Shown here: in pieces, positions 11,060-20,913 of the stretch
How the letters are laid out: each line of letters opens with the position of its first letter
Position numbering within the stretch: the stretch's first letter is position 1
Source: Candidatus Latescibacterota bacterium
GTDB lineage: Bacteria > Latescibacterota > CBDEFO01
Length of the DNA stretch: 64,000 bases
Reading direction: 5' to 3'
NCBI GenBank assembly: GCA_965237525.1
Contig: CBDEFO010000008.1
Span: 288,001 to 352,000, forward strand
The notes under the pieces: generated by a model
The model's database searches: none
Told to the model about the DNA's origin: nothing
The model's input: only the letters and a program-made list of their open reading frames with translations
Made by a program: the position numbers and the translations under genes

Positions 11060-11194
11060 AATTCGGATTGTTCTTCTCCTCAAAAAGTGCACGCTTAAGG
11101 AAAGGAAACTACGGACATTCCAGGTACTTCCCCTCGAATCTGTGCAAACCATGATATACCTGAAGGCTATGTTATGCGATTGAAATTATTTCAA

Positions 11195-12484
11195 TTATTC
11201 TAAATTTTGAACATCAATTTTTCCCTGCTTTTCATCGACCTTATATAAAAGAATCCCGCCGAGAATAAATAAGATCACAATAGAACCAATTCCAGCCCGT
11301 GAAGCTATATTCTCCGAGTATCCAATATTTTGAGCAATCATACCCACACCGCCTATCAGAAGTGGGCCAATTATTGCGGCGAATTTTCCGAGCATATTAT
11401 AAAAGCCGTAAAACTCAGCCACTTGATTAGGCGGGATCAGTCGAGAGTAAAACGAACGACTTAATGCTTGGACTCCACCTTGAACCAATCCAATAACTCC
11501 TGCCAGGATATAAAATTCGTAGATGTCGGTCATCAACATTGCAAACATTGTAACGAAGAAATACACAATAATTCCAATGAAAATTGATTTCTTGACGTTC
11601 CACTTTTGACCGAGCTTTCCGAACGCTATAGCGCTTGGAAATCCGACAAACTGTGTTATCAGAAGTGCCAAAACTAAATCACATGGCTGGAAACCGATGG
11701 ATAGTCCAAAATCCACAGCCATACGAACGATTGTATCCACACCGTCTATATAAAGCCAATAAGCAATTAAGAATAAGAAAGTCATACGTAACTGTCTAAT
11801 TTTTCGGAAGGTATAGCTTAATTGCTGGAACCCAGCTATAATCAGATTTTCCGAAGAGACAACATTTGCTTTTTCTTCTTTTACCCATATAATCAAAGGA
11901 ATTGTAAATAATCCCCACCAGAGTCCGACGGTTAAGAACGTAAATTTGATAGCTTCATCCGGATTTTCTAACCCAAACAGATCAGGCCTCTGGTACATCA
12001 TTACATTGATAGCGAATAAAATTCCTCCGCCCAAATAACCAAGAGCGAATCCCAATCCTGATATATAATCAATCTTTTCTTCGCTGGCCACCGAAGGAAG
12101 GAGGGAATCATATAAAACATTTGCACCCGAAAATCCGATTATTCCAATTCCATAAATAATCGAAGCAAGCACCCATTGTCCCTGTCCCAATAGAAAGAGA
12201 GTTGAGGTCATTAGAACACCAACATAGGCAAAGAAAATAAGAAATCTCTTTTTTTGCGAACCTCGGTCGGCAATCGCTCCAAGTATTGGGGCAGAGGCTG
12301 CAACAATCAGGCTTGCAACGGAATTAGCAATTCCCAACCTAAATGTGGATTCAGTATCATCAACGCCTGCATTCCAAAAAACTTTGAAAAAAATGGGGAA
12401 AAACCCAGCCATTACTGTTGTGGCAAAGGCCGAGTTGGCCCAGTCGTACATCGCCCAGCCGAAAATTTGTTTTTTATTGTTCAT
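11195..12484 (-). CDS. MFS transporter, Atg22/UMF1-like family
   Basis: WAMYDWANSAFATTV, APILGAIAD, QALSRSFYSRLIP, FYGFY; multiple TM helices; visibly AT-rich. Confidence 0.9.
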   Translation of the reverse strand: MNNKKQIFGWAMYDWANSAFATTVMAGFFPIFFKVFWNAGVDDTESTFRLGIANSVASLIVAASAPILGAIADRGSQKKRFLIFFAYVGVLMTSTLFLLGQGQWVLASIIYGIGIIGFSGANVLYDSLLPSVASEEKIDYISGLGFALGYLGGGILFAINVMMYQRPDLFGLENPDEAIKFTFLTVGLWWGLFTIPLIIWVKEEKANVVSSENLIIAGFQQLSYTFRKIRQLRMTFLFLIAYWLYIDGVDTIVRMAVDFGLSIGFQPCDLVLALLITQFVGFPSAIAFGKLGQKWNVKKSIFIGIIVYFFVTMFAMLMTDIYEFYILAGVIGLVQGGVQALSRSFYSRLIPPNQVAEFYGFYNMLGKFAAIIGPLLIGGVGMIAQNIGYSENIASRAGIGSIVILFILGGILLYKVDEKQGKIDVQNLE

Positions 12485-12499
12485 GTAACTCTCCCGCAG

Positions 12500-12591
12500 C
12501 TTTAAATAACCCTCTGCCGTGATCACCGCCGGATAGACGGAGTTAGCAAAATCATAAAGGTCCCAGTCACACTATCCGCCTGGTTTTTCAT
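12500..12591 (-). pseudogene. 5-prime stub of a second Atg22/UMF1-like MFS gene
   Basis: RBS GAGGTG + ATG at 12591; shifted frame reads WDLYDFANSVYPAVITA, homologous to WAMYDWANSAFATTV of the downstream gene. Confidence 0.6.
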
Positions 12592-12635
12592 TGTCACCTC
12601 CTACGGTAGAGGAATAACAGAGATCCCACTCAAGG

Positions 12636-13211
12636 TCAATCCCGATCTCGGAATCCCAATACTATTGATCCTATATGTTCATCTACGTTGGATCTTGTGA
12701 GCTGGAGGACAAGCTCCTCTGTAGATGATAGAATAAACAGTCCAATTGCCACGTAGAATAGGTCTTGATGATAGCTGAGTATGAGAGCGTGGACTATGAA
12801 GATATATCCGACAACCCCCACTACTTTGCTTGAGTAGAGATGCATATTGGCAAACCTTCTGAATTTTAACCAGCCCACCAATAGAGATAATGCATACAGA
12901 AGTATAGACGTAAAGGACAATACCCGATGATCTGCAATTATTTCTGGTCTCAATATGAAAATCCATACTATTACTGAGGGTATGAGCAGATTATCCGCCA
13001 AAGAATCCAATTTGCTGCCGAGCCCAGTAGCTTGGTTGAATCTTCTGGCCATCAGACCGTCCAGAACATCTGTCAGACCTACCATGATTAGTCCGATACC
13101 AACGTAAAATGACAATTTCATAAGGGCCAAAATCCATAAGATTGGAATTAGGAATAATCTCAAGCCTGAGAGTTGATTTGGAGCCGTTTGGAACTGTTTA
13201 AGAACTTGCAT
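12636..13211 (-). CDS. CDP-alcohol phosphatidyltransferase
   Basis: PNQLSGLR, DVLDGLMARRFNQATGLGSKLDSLAD CDP-alcohol motif. Confidence 0.92.
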   Translation of the reverse strand: MQVLKQFQTAPNQLSGLRLFLIPILWILALMKLSFYVGIGLIMVGLTDVLDGLMARRFNQATGLGSKLDSLADNLLIPSVIVWIFILRPEIIADHRVLSFTSILLYALSLLVGWLKFRRFANMHLYSSKVVGVVGYIFIVHALILSYHQDLFYVAIGLFILSSTEELVLQLTRSNVDEHIGSIVLGFRDRD

Positions 13212-13262
13212 GGATTCTCCGCGCTTTGGGACAGTGTTCTCTATGCTGGAAAATTGCCCCGT

Positions 13263-14491
13263 TTAGCTACCTGAATCTGACAGACTGGAAACCATCTGCT
13301 GAACTTCGTTTTCTAATTCTAACGTAATACGCTGTATGGTGTCTCTTTTATCGTTCTTGTAAGTTTTATAAGCGTCCAACACATTTATAGGAGTGGCAAC
13401 ACGGATGAGAGCCGTACTGGGTCCTTTCGTTTTAGGGCTGCCGTAGGCTTCTCTTTCCAACCGGGCGATGACTTCCAGAAAGCGTTCCTGAGATGGCTTT
13501 TCACCGACGTACCCTTCGTAGATGGCAATAAAGTTCACGATTCGGCTAAGGTCTAACTAAAATTGTCGAAATTTGTCGAGACGCTCTTCGTGGATCTCTT
13601 TTCCATATTCCGTCATCTCATCCGCATCCCGGTAAACCTCCTCATCGACCCAATTCTGAATAGTCCGAACCCGATTTAGAGGAAGAGCTCCGGAGCGGGG
13701 AACAATTTCCATAAAGTTCTCCATCTGTGACAGAATATGTTCTCTCGGATGTTGAATGCGCTCGTTGAGTGAACTTTCCTCGCTTAGAGGAAGTTGATAT
13801 TCCTTTGCCAGTGTTACCTATAGGACAGCCCCCACGTTTTGGAGGCGATCGTATAAATCTTCTGATAGATTTGAATTCTTTGGCAGGATTTTTCTCTCTA
13901 ACTTCGCGAGTGCCTTCTCGATCTTACCCCACATATCTTTCTTGTAGATATACTTGATAGCCACAGGCAAAACGTAAATAGGTTTTACTTGGCCAGACTT
14001 CTTCATATCGTCCAGTGCCCAGAAACCCAACTGTACAACGCCACTTTCAAAGGGCATCACCGTATCGTTCTGGTGTGAGATTTCTCCCTCAGCAAAAATG
14101 ACCAATTTACGCTTTCCTTCTGAGAGGGTCTCTCGCGTTATCCGAAACGATTCGCGATCAACGGCACCGTGCACCACTGAATAGACCCCGAGGCGCTGCA
14201 TGAAAATTCCCTCAGACCGCCTCCACCGCGGAGGTGGAGAGTCTCCCGTGCTGCTACATAGCGGAATCGCTCCCCGAGGAGTTTTGAGAGCGCAAAGATT
14301 ACAGAAGCATCTTCAGGGCTTGGATGGTTAGGTACCATTACGGTAGCGAATCCGGCAGTCGCTCTTAACCTCTCCTGAGATTCAACGTCAACTTCTAAAC
14401 TTAAACCCTTCAGTCGCATGATTAAGGGCACCAGCTACTTGGCTGGCCCAAGGACGAAATCATGCTCTTTCGGAGGTTTGAAGTCTAACAT
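13263..14491 (-). pseudogene. Glycerol/phospholipid acyltransferase (PlsC-like), with three in-frame TAGs and one frameshift
   Basis: NHPSPED (HxxxxD) and VIFAEGE motifs; TAG at 14435-37, 13818-20, 13557-59; frameshift near 14210. Confidence 0.85.
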
Positions 14492-14588
14492 TGTGAGCTA
14501 CTTGGCATTACGCTTTCCACGAGGGGCTTGTAGCAGATAGGAATGGAAGGAGGTATCCCCATCTAATTTCAATCTGTTACGATCTGGT

Positions 14589-14879
14589 TTATGTCTTGGA
14601 CGGTGGGATATTGGGAAAACTTAGGCCGCAAAAGGTTGAGGGGATAGATTCCGAAAGTTCATCATGCGACATGCACTCGTCCAAGAGGACGAAATATTCC
14701 TTTTGCGATGCAGCGTACTTTTTGTGGGGCGAGGCCACATTGCAGTCGGCGGAGCCAGCTCCGAATTCCCGCTCTATCGCTTCCTTCAACTTCGGATGGA
14801 CGATCTTACCTTTGATATTTTTCTTGTATCGTGTCTCCTCTTCGAACTTGCGTATCTGTTCGTAGAGGTGGTCGTACAT
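14589..14879 (-). CDS. Hypothetical protein (possibly a frameshifted fragment)
   Basis: ORF only; an upstream ATG near 14927 is in another frame. Confidence 0.3.
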   Translation of the reverse strand: MYDHLYEQIRKFEEETRYKKNIKGKIVHPKLKEAIEREFGAGSADCNVASPHKKYAASQKEYFVLLDECMSHDELSESIPSTFCGLSFPNIPPSKT

Positions 14880-15118
14880 CGGCCACGCTGAAGAAGAGGA
14901 AGTTTAGGACCTTTGAATTCAGGCATAGACTTCCCCTTTACCCTTAGCTACTATATCTCACACGTCAGACAGGAATGTCTGACCCACCGGGTTCGCCCCT
15001 ACTTGTCTTTGCTTTCCCCCAGCTTATTGAAGTTAAGGAGATGGGAGGTGGTGCCCTGTCTACTGACTACCCCCGATTGAATCCCCGATTGAGTCTATCG
15101 GGGAGCGGGGGCTCCTGT

Positions 15119-15853
15119 CTACTTATTTTTGTCCTCCACCTTTTTTATCTTGTCGAGCCTCCTCTGATGTCTGCCTCCTGCAAAGGCAGTGTCAAGCCAG
15201 ATCTTTACTATCTGTATAGCCATCGGTTCGCCAGTCATATACGCCCCTAAGGACAAAAGATTTGCCCCCACCTTACTCCTTGCCTCCCTTGCCATCAAGG
15301 TGTCCCAACAGACGGCGGCGTAGACCCCTGGAACTTTATTGCACACGATCGCCGATGCAAAACCGCCGCCATCTATCACGATCCCTGTACCACATTCCCC
15401 CTCAGATACGGCGTTTGCCACTTTTTCAGCTATATCAGGATAGTCCACAGGCTGAGTCGAAGATGTTCCGAAGTCCACTACGTCCCTTCCGTTCTCCCTT
15501 AAGAATTTCTTGATCGCCTCTTTCATGGCGTAACCGCTGTGGTCTGATCCCAAAGCGACACGTTCGAAAGAGGATTCGGGAATCTGGGTGGAGTCTGAAT
15601 CTGCAGTGAGATTTTCGGCAATCGTAAGAGATATTCCGGCCTTTCTCATCTTGTCTTGTGCTAAAGGAGTGACTATAACTTTCGTCTTGGCAGAGATATC
15701 CCTACAACCTTTCGAGATAGCCGACGAGACATCTTCTGCAGTAATCACGGACTTTTCAAAGACGATGGAGAGTTTATGCTCACCCCTCTGACTCCGGGTC
15801 AATCTTGCTATCACCTCTTCGACGATTTTGGCTATTTGATCTTCGTTCAACAC
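15119..15853 (-). CDS. RpiB/LacA/LacB-family sugar-phosphate isomerase with N-terminal extension
   Basis: ALGSDHSGY, VDYPD, NKVPGVYAA, FAGGRHQRRLDKI; DGGG replaces the usual CGTG. Confidence 0.88.
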   Translation of the reverse strand: MLNEDQIAKIVEEVIARLTRSQRGEHKLSIVFEKSVITAEDVSSAISKGCRDISAKTKVIVTPLAQDKMRKAGISLTIAENLTADSDSTQIPESSFERVALGSDHSGYAMKEAIKKFLRENGRDVVDFGTSSTQPVDYPDIAEKVANAVSEGECGTGIVIDGGGFASAIVCNKVPGVYAAVCWDTLMAREARSKVGANLLSLGAYMTGEPMAIQIVKIWLDTAFAGGRHQRRLDKIKKVEDKNK

Positions 15854-15989
15854 AGAAAAGTCCCAAAGCTGGCAGGTTCAAGCTGCGTTGCAGAGCATTC
15901 GCATTACGTAGTAGAAGTAATATATTGAAGTACAGTTCCCAAGTCAATATACAAAACTTATTGCATATCCCTTATCTTCAATTTTCCAT

Positions 15990-16016
15990 TAAAGATTCCA
16001 TCTGATCTGCCGATAA
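15990..16016 (+). promoter_or_regulatory. Sigma28 (FliA) promoter of flagellin
   Basis: Exact consensus TAAA-N15-GCCGATAA. Confidence 0.85.
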
Positions 16017-16072
16017 ACAAGAACAGATAGGCAGCTTAAATTGTAGAATCGTCAAAATTTTACGTAAAGAAT

Positions 16073-16100
16073 TAAAGTTTCAGATAAAAGTTGACGATAA
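16073..16100 (+). promoter_or_regulatory. Second sigma28-like promoter
   Basis: TAAAGTTT-N12-GACGATAA. Confidence 0.6.
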
Positions 16101-16137
16101 TTCTACGTAGAGACGAAAATCGCTAAAGGAGGTGATT

Positions 16138-16185
16138 ATGATCCCATCCGAAGTTCGTCGGCTCCTTCGGACAGAATCAAATTGA
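16138..16185 (+). CDS. Candidate 15-aa leader peptide (MIPSEVRRLLRTESN)
   Basis: Preceded by an extended Shine-Dalgarno AAGGAGGTGAT. Confidence 0.35.
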   Translation: MIPSEVRRLLRTESN

Positions 16186-16198
16186 GCCGTCAACAGAT

Positions 16199-16277
16199 GG
16201 GGCACGGACGCCCCGGACAAACCGTAGGGCTCCAAATCTTTCTGGAGCCAAAAGGTAGAATTTAACACGGAGGTTAA
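16199..16277 (+). promoter_or_regulatory. Two CsrA/RsmA-type binding hairpins in the flagellin 5-prime UTR
   Basis: GGGGC-ACGGAC-GCCCC (16199-16214) and TTAAC-ACGGAG-GTTAA (16262-16277, overlapping the SD). Confidence 0.75.
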
Positions 16278-16280
16278 GAA

Positions 16281-17510
16281 ATGGCAAGAATCAACACTAA
16301 CATCGCTGCGTTGAACGCCCTCAACGCGTTGAGGAGCATCAACAAAAGGCTTGATATCCATCAGCTCAGACTGGCCACGGGTAAGAGGATCAACACCGCT
16401 GCCGACGACGCTGCGGGATTGTCCATAGCCAATAAGCTGAAGGTAAGAGCGGAAGGTCTGGGTGTTGCAATCAACAATATAGGCGACGCCAAAAATCTCT
16501 TGGCCATCGCCGAAGGACACCTGCAGACCATCAGCGACACCCTGGGAACGATGAGAGCCAAAGCCGCCCAGGCGGCAAACGACACTCTGGGAGCTTCAGA
16601 GAGGACTACTCTAAAGAACGAGATAGAGCAGTTGGCCTCGGAGATTGACGACTAGGTGAGTCAGGCTCTGTTCAACAACATCGAGATCTTGAAAACCACG
16701 ACTTCCTCTTTTGATTTCCAGGTGGGAGCCGGAACTCTCGATACCATAACGTTCGATCTTACGGATGCGTCTACTTCAGGATACGCAACAGGATACACAG
16801 CAGCGCAGCTGGATGTGGTTGTAGGCTCTGCGACTGCTTCTGTCGCCACGACCTTCGATCCCGCAGGTTTAACTGTGGCTGTGGCTACTTCCCCTACATT
16901 CATTAACTCCGGCTTAACTGAACTTACGGAGGGGTTCTACACAGTGGAAGTGACAGCCGTAGCCGCCAACTCTGCCGGGGCAGGTACTATCACGTTCCAG
17001 GTAAGAGATTCAGCTGGCGTTATCGTCAATATCGATGCAGATGGACTCACAACAACAACATCAGACACAGATGCCTCTGTAGATCTTGCTTTCACGGGAT
17101 TGGACCCCGCCGTCTTTGACACGGGTGTCGGATTTACGATAGATTTCTCAGCGTTATCGTCTGCGACCTCAAATCCCACGTCGTTCGGTATCCAATACGA
17201 ACCTGATGGCGGCAGCGTAGCTAGCAACGCCAATGCTTCGGCTTTCGTCCAGAAGCTTGACGACGCCATAGCCAATGTCTCTGAAGGGCTGAGCTATTTG
17301 GGGGCATTTACCAACAGGCTGTCGGTCAAAGAGGATTCGCTGGCAACTGCTCAGACGAACACCGAGTCATCCAGAAGCAGGATCCAGGATGCTGACATAG
17401 CGCTTGAGCAGTTAGAGGCCACCAAGCTGCAGATACTGCAGCAGACGGCCGTAGCTATACTGGCTCAAACCAACGTAGCTCCACAGGTAGTACTGGCACT
17501 CTTCGCGTAA
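16281..17510 (+). pseudogene. fliC: Flagellin with an in-frame TAG at 16653-16655
   Basis: MARINTNIAALNA...RLATGKRINTAADDAAGLSIA N-terminus and SRSRIQDADIA...QILQQTAVAILAQTN C-terminus lie in one frame separated by a single TAG. Confidence 0.92.
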
Positions 17511-17716
17511 ACCTGGTAAACCTTAAACCTATTGAGAATAGGGGGACAGACGGGATACTTCTCCCTCCTGTCCTCCTCCCTTCTCAAAATAGGTAGGAAG
17601 TAGATAGGGGCGCAACAGTTGCCCCCTTGGGCTATTTTAACGAAGAACACAACCAACAACTTATGTGAATCCGGACAGGGAAGACCGGACACCTACAGCC
17701 AAGGAGAAGAACAAGA

Positions 17717-18074
17717 ATGGCGTCATATCCAGCTTTCGCAGCTCCGAGAACACAGTTATCTAGTGTGTACAATAACTATAAAGACCAGGAGATATTAGCG
17801 GCAAGTCCGGAGCGTTTGACTCTCTTCATATTCGATTTTGCAGTCAAAGGTTGTAAGAAGAAAAAAGAGGATGAAGTCAGCAGGGCTTTAGTCCAGCTCA
17901 TAGATTCTCTAAACTTCGAGTATGAGGACGTTGCAGTGGGGCTCTATCAGATTGTACGAATACTGTATGAGGATGGTAAAAGAGAGGGAATTTGAAGTTC
18001 CCTTGGAATTATTAAGTGAACTTCGTGACACTTGGGCAACGGCCATGGGTGAACAAACTCTGCCTGAGTCTTGA
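17717..18074 (+). pseudogene. fliS: Flagellin chaperone FliS, frameshifted near 17948
   Basis: ILAASPERL, LIDSLNFE; shifted frame continues RLYEYC...LLSELRDTW to TGA at 18074. Confidence 0.85.
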
Positions 18075-18115
18075 TAGAAGTTAGTTACTTAAATATGAGG
18101 AAGTAGGTACAAAAG

Positions 18116-19870
18116 ATGGCAAGTATTTCATCTACATCCGGTATCAACTCTCTGGTTTCTCAGTTTTTGGCTTTAGAGAGGCGTCCCGTAACTTCCCTGG
18201 AAAGCAAGAAGTCCACCATAAACCGGCAGATAGCGGTCTTTACGGATCTCAATACTTCTCTTTCCAAGCTGGAAGATCTTGCAACGGATCTGGCTGATAC
18301 TGAAACCACTTCTATTTTTGATGATAAGACGACTTCGTCTTCCGAGATAGACTCAGTTACCGCTACGACCGCGTCGGGAGCTGCGGCTGGAAGCTACACC
18401 TTCCGCGTGAAGCAGTTAGCCACATCCACCTCTTTTAAGAGCACAGGCGATCTTAACACTTCCGCCGGGACCAAAAGTTCACCACAGGTGGTGGACGGCG
18501 CCACAAATAATCTGGATACCACACTGAGCTTTGCAGATGCGGGATTCGACAACACTCCCGACGGTACCGTTACGGTCAACGGTCAGACGTTCACCCTTGC
18601 GGACTACAGCACAGTGGATGCCTTTATAGATGCCATAAACGACGACGCTACTGCGGCGGCCAACATCTATTACGACCAGGACGAGGACAAGTTCGTCATA
18701 GAAGCCGACAACGGAGGCGCCAGCATAACCATATCTGAGACCGGAACTGTGGGATTCTTTACAGAGGTCAATATTGCCACAGGGACGTTTACCACCAACA
18801 GCGGAGCCGGCGTTCAGACGGACGTGCTGCTTTACAAAGCCAACTTCGACACAGCGCTTGCAAGCACACATTCAGGGAGTTTCAAAATAAACGGCACCAC
18901 GATAACCTTCGACGCTGACGAAGATACGTTCAACGAGGTCCTATCCAGGATAAACAGCTCGGAGGCGGGGGTCACAGCTTTCTACGACAACAGCCTCGAC
19001 AGAGTAGTTATAACCTCAGACACGACCGGAAGCGAAGAGATAGTATTCTCGGACATCAGCGGCACCTTCTTAAGTAGCGTGTTGAAGCTCTCAGGCGTGA
19101 CACAGACCACAGGACAGGACGCCCTCTTTACGCTAAATAGTACAGATTCGGCCGACGAGATAACCCAGTCGTCCAACACGTTCGAGATAAACGGCGTGAC
19201 GTTTACGCTCAAAGCTACGAACGTTACCCTCTACACAGACTCCTCGGACGCTACGGTGACCGTAAGTCAGGACACCGCCGCTCTAGAGAGCAAGATAAAG
19301 AGCTTCTTGAGTCAGGTCAACAGCACTCTGAATTTCATCAAGGCAAAGTCGGCTGTCAACGCTGACACATCCTTCAGGGGCGTACTTGCGGGTAACACCA
19401 CGTTCAGAAGTCTGAGGCGGGATGTTCTGGATATCCTGACGGACGACGTATCGGGAGCTTCAACAGGCAAGCCGCAGAACCTGGGAGAAATAGGTATAAC
19501 CTTCGACGACGACCTACAGGTGAGCCTCTCAGATACAGCTCTTTTGGCGTCCGAGCTATCTGAAGATTCCGAGGCGGTTGAGCTCCTGTTCAACTCCACA
19601 AACGGCGTCGCCGCAAGGATAGAGGCCCTTTTGGAGCCGTTTACCGAAACCAACGGAATAATTGACGACATAAAGGACAGCTCCAGCGACCGGATTGAAA
19701 GGATCGATACTCAAATAGAGAGACTCGAAGAGAGAATCTCCCGAAAAGAGATCAGCTTCAGACGGAAGTTCTCACAGGCGCAGCAGTCTTTGAATCTGAT
19801 ATTAAGACAGCAGTCAATAGTTCAGAGTTTTCTCGGATTTTCGGAGAATTTCACTTTGTCTACGTTTTAA
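18116..19870 (+). CDS. fliD: Flagellar filament cap protein
   Basis: LVSQFLALERRP, GSYTFRVKQLA, GQDALFT, SNTFEINGVTFTLK, C-terminal coiled coil. Confidence 0.93.
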   Translation: MASISSTSGINSLVSQFLALERRPVTSLESKKSTINRQIAVFTDLNTSLSKLEDLATDLADTETTSIFDDKTTSSSEIDSVTATTASGAAAGSYTFRVKQLATSTSFKSTGDLNTSAGTKSSPQVVDGATNNLDTTLSFADAGFDNTPDGTVTVNGQTFTLADYSTVDAFIDAINDDATAAANIYYDQDEDKFVIEADNGGASITISETGTVGFFTEVNIATGTFTTNSGAGVQTDVLLYKANFDTALASTHSGSFKINGTTITFDADEDTFNEVLSRINSSEAGVTAFYDNSLDRVVITSDTTGSEEIVFSDISGTFLSSVLKLSGVTQTTGQDALFTLNSTDSADEITQSSNTFEINGVTFTLKATNVTLYTDSSDATVTVSQDTAALESKIKSFLSQVNSTLNFIKAKSAVNADTSFRGVLAGNTTFRSLRRDVLDILTDDVSGASTGKPQNLGEIGITFDDDLQVSLSDTALLASELSEDSEAVELLFNSTNGVAARIEALLEPFTETNGIIDDIKDSSSDRIERIDTQIERLEERISRKEISFRRKFSQAQQSLNLILRQQSIVQSFLGFSENFTLSTF

Positions 19871-19982
19871 GGTGTTATACTGAGAAATTTTCATTGACAT
19901 CTAACATTTTCTTCTGTATCTTTTTGATGAAACGCAAAAGAATAGGGGACGTTGATCTCAACTCACAAGGAGGTGAGTTACA

Positions 19983-20354
19983 ATGGCAGAATTTGAAATA
20001 CAACCGTTATCCAGTACGGCAGAGTCCCCTCCTGTAAGCCCCCGTGCACGAGGTCACAAGGCCGAGCGCCCAAAATCTGATGAAAAACAGGTAGAAGAAC
20101 AGAATCGGACCCCTGAGAAAGATTCGGCTAAAGCTGTAGACAAATCGGTCGAAAATAGAAGAAAAAGGGTCGTTGCTGAGGAATTGATGAGACACGTCTC
20201 GTTTTCAGTCAATCAGGAAATGGGCCAGGTAACGGTCGAAGTCATCGACGATGAGACTAAAGAGGTAATACGGCAGATTCCTATGCAGGAAGCTATCAAA
20301 TTTAGAAACAAAATAGAGGAGCTATTGGGCACGTTTGTCGATAGGGAAGCGTGA
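19983..20354 (+). CDS. flaG: FlaG-family flagellar protein
   Basis: VSFSVNQEMGQVTVEVIDDETKEVIRQIP...GTFVDREA. Confidence 0.9.
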   Translation: MAEFEIQPLSSTAESPPVSPRARGHKAERPKSDEKQVEEQNRTPEKDSAKAVDKSVENRRKRVVAEELMRHVSFSVNQEMGQVTVEVIDDETKEVIRQIPMQEAIKFRNKIEELLGTFVDREA

Positions 20355-20438
20355 CCGGAACATTCCACGTCAAAGACCTATCTGTAGAAGTAAGCTCTTT
20401 AAGATCCAGCCACTACTAAAGGCAAGTAATGTGATCAG

Positions 20439-20909
20439 ATGACACCAATATACGGCATAAGTCAGCTTATAAAAGCTCTTCAAATAAAGAACCATGATGG
20501 CGCTTCACGGGTGAAGAAGAGTGAGCCTATTACGAAGGAGGCTCGTCTTGATAGCCTGGATCTTTCTGAAGTAGCCCTGAGCTTCCATAACCTCCAAGTT
20601 AAGTTTGACTCGATCCCGGACGTAAGGCATGAGAAGGTCGCTGATGTAAAGGACAAGGTTAAGGAAGGTTACTACAATGGAAGAGAAGTAATAGAGGAAG
20701 TTGCAAAAGCGATTATTAAGACAAAGATATCCGGCGACTTCGAGATAGCCAGAAAGGTCATTGTCAAGACTAAAGGTCAGACTGACGTGAGAACAGACAA
20801 TGTCGAAAGAGCGCGCCAAAGGGTAGAAGAAGACTTTTACTTCACAGATCGGGTCAAATCGGTTATAGCACAAAAGTTGTCGTATATCCTTAAAAGGAAC
20901 GCGACTTAA
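20439..20909 (+). CDS. flgM: FlgM-like anti-sigma28 factor with duplicated C-terminal motif
   Basis: DSLDLSE; PDVRHEKVADVKDKVKEGYY..EEVAKAI and TDVRTDNVERARQRVEEDFY..SVIAQKL. Confidence 0.7.
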   Translation: MTPIYGISQLIKALQIKNHDGASRVKKSEPITKEARLDSLDLSEVALSFHNLQVKFDSIPDVRHEKVADVKDKVKEGYYNGREVIEEVAKAIIKTKISGDFEIARKVIVKTKGQTDVRTDNVERARQRVEEDFYFTDRVKSVIAQKLSYILKRNAT

Positions 20910-20913
20910 AACC

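Noticed and set aside
5559..16655. Genome-wide reassignment of TAG to a sense codon
   Set aside because: TAG terminates many full-length conserved genes here (e.g. hemB, E2, the RsmC-like gene, nfuA); only partial suppression remains possible
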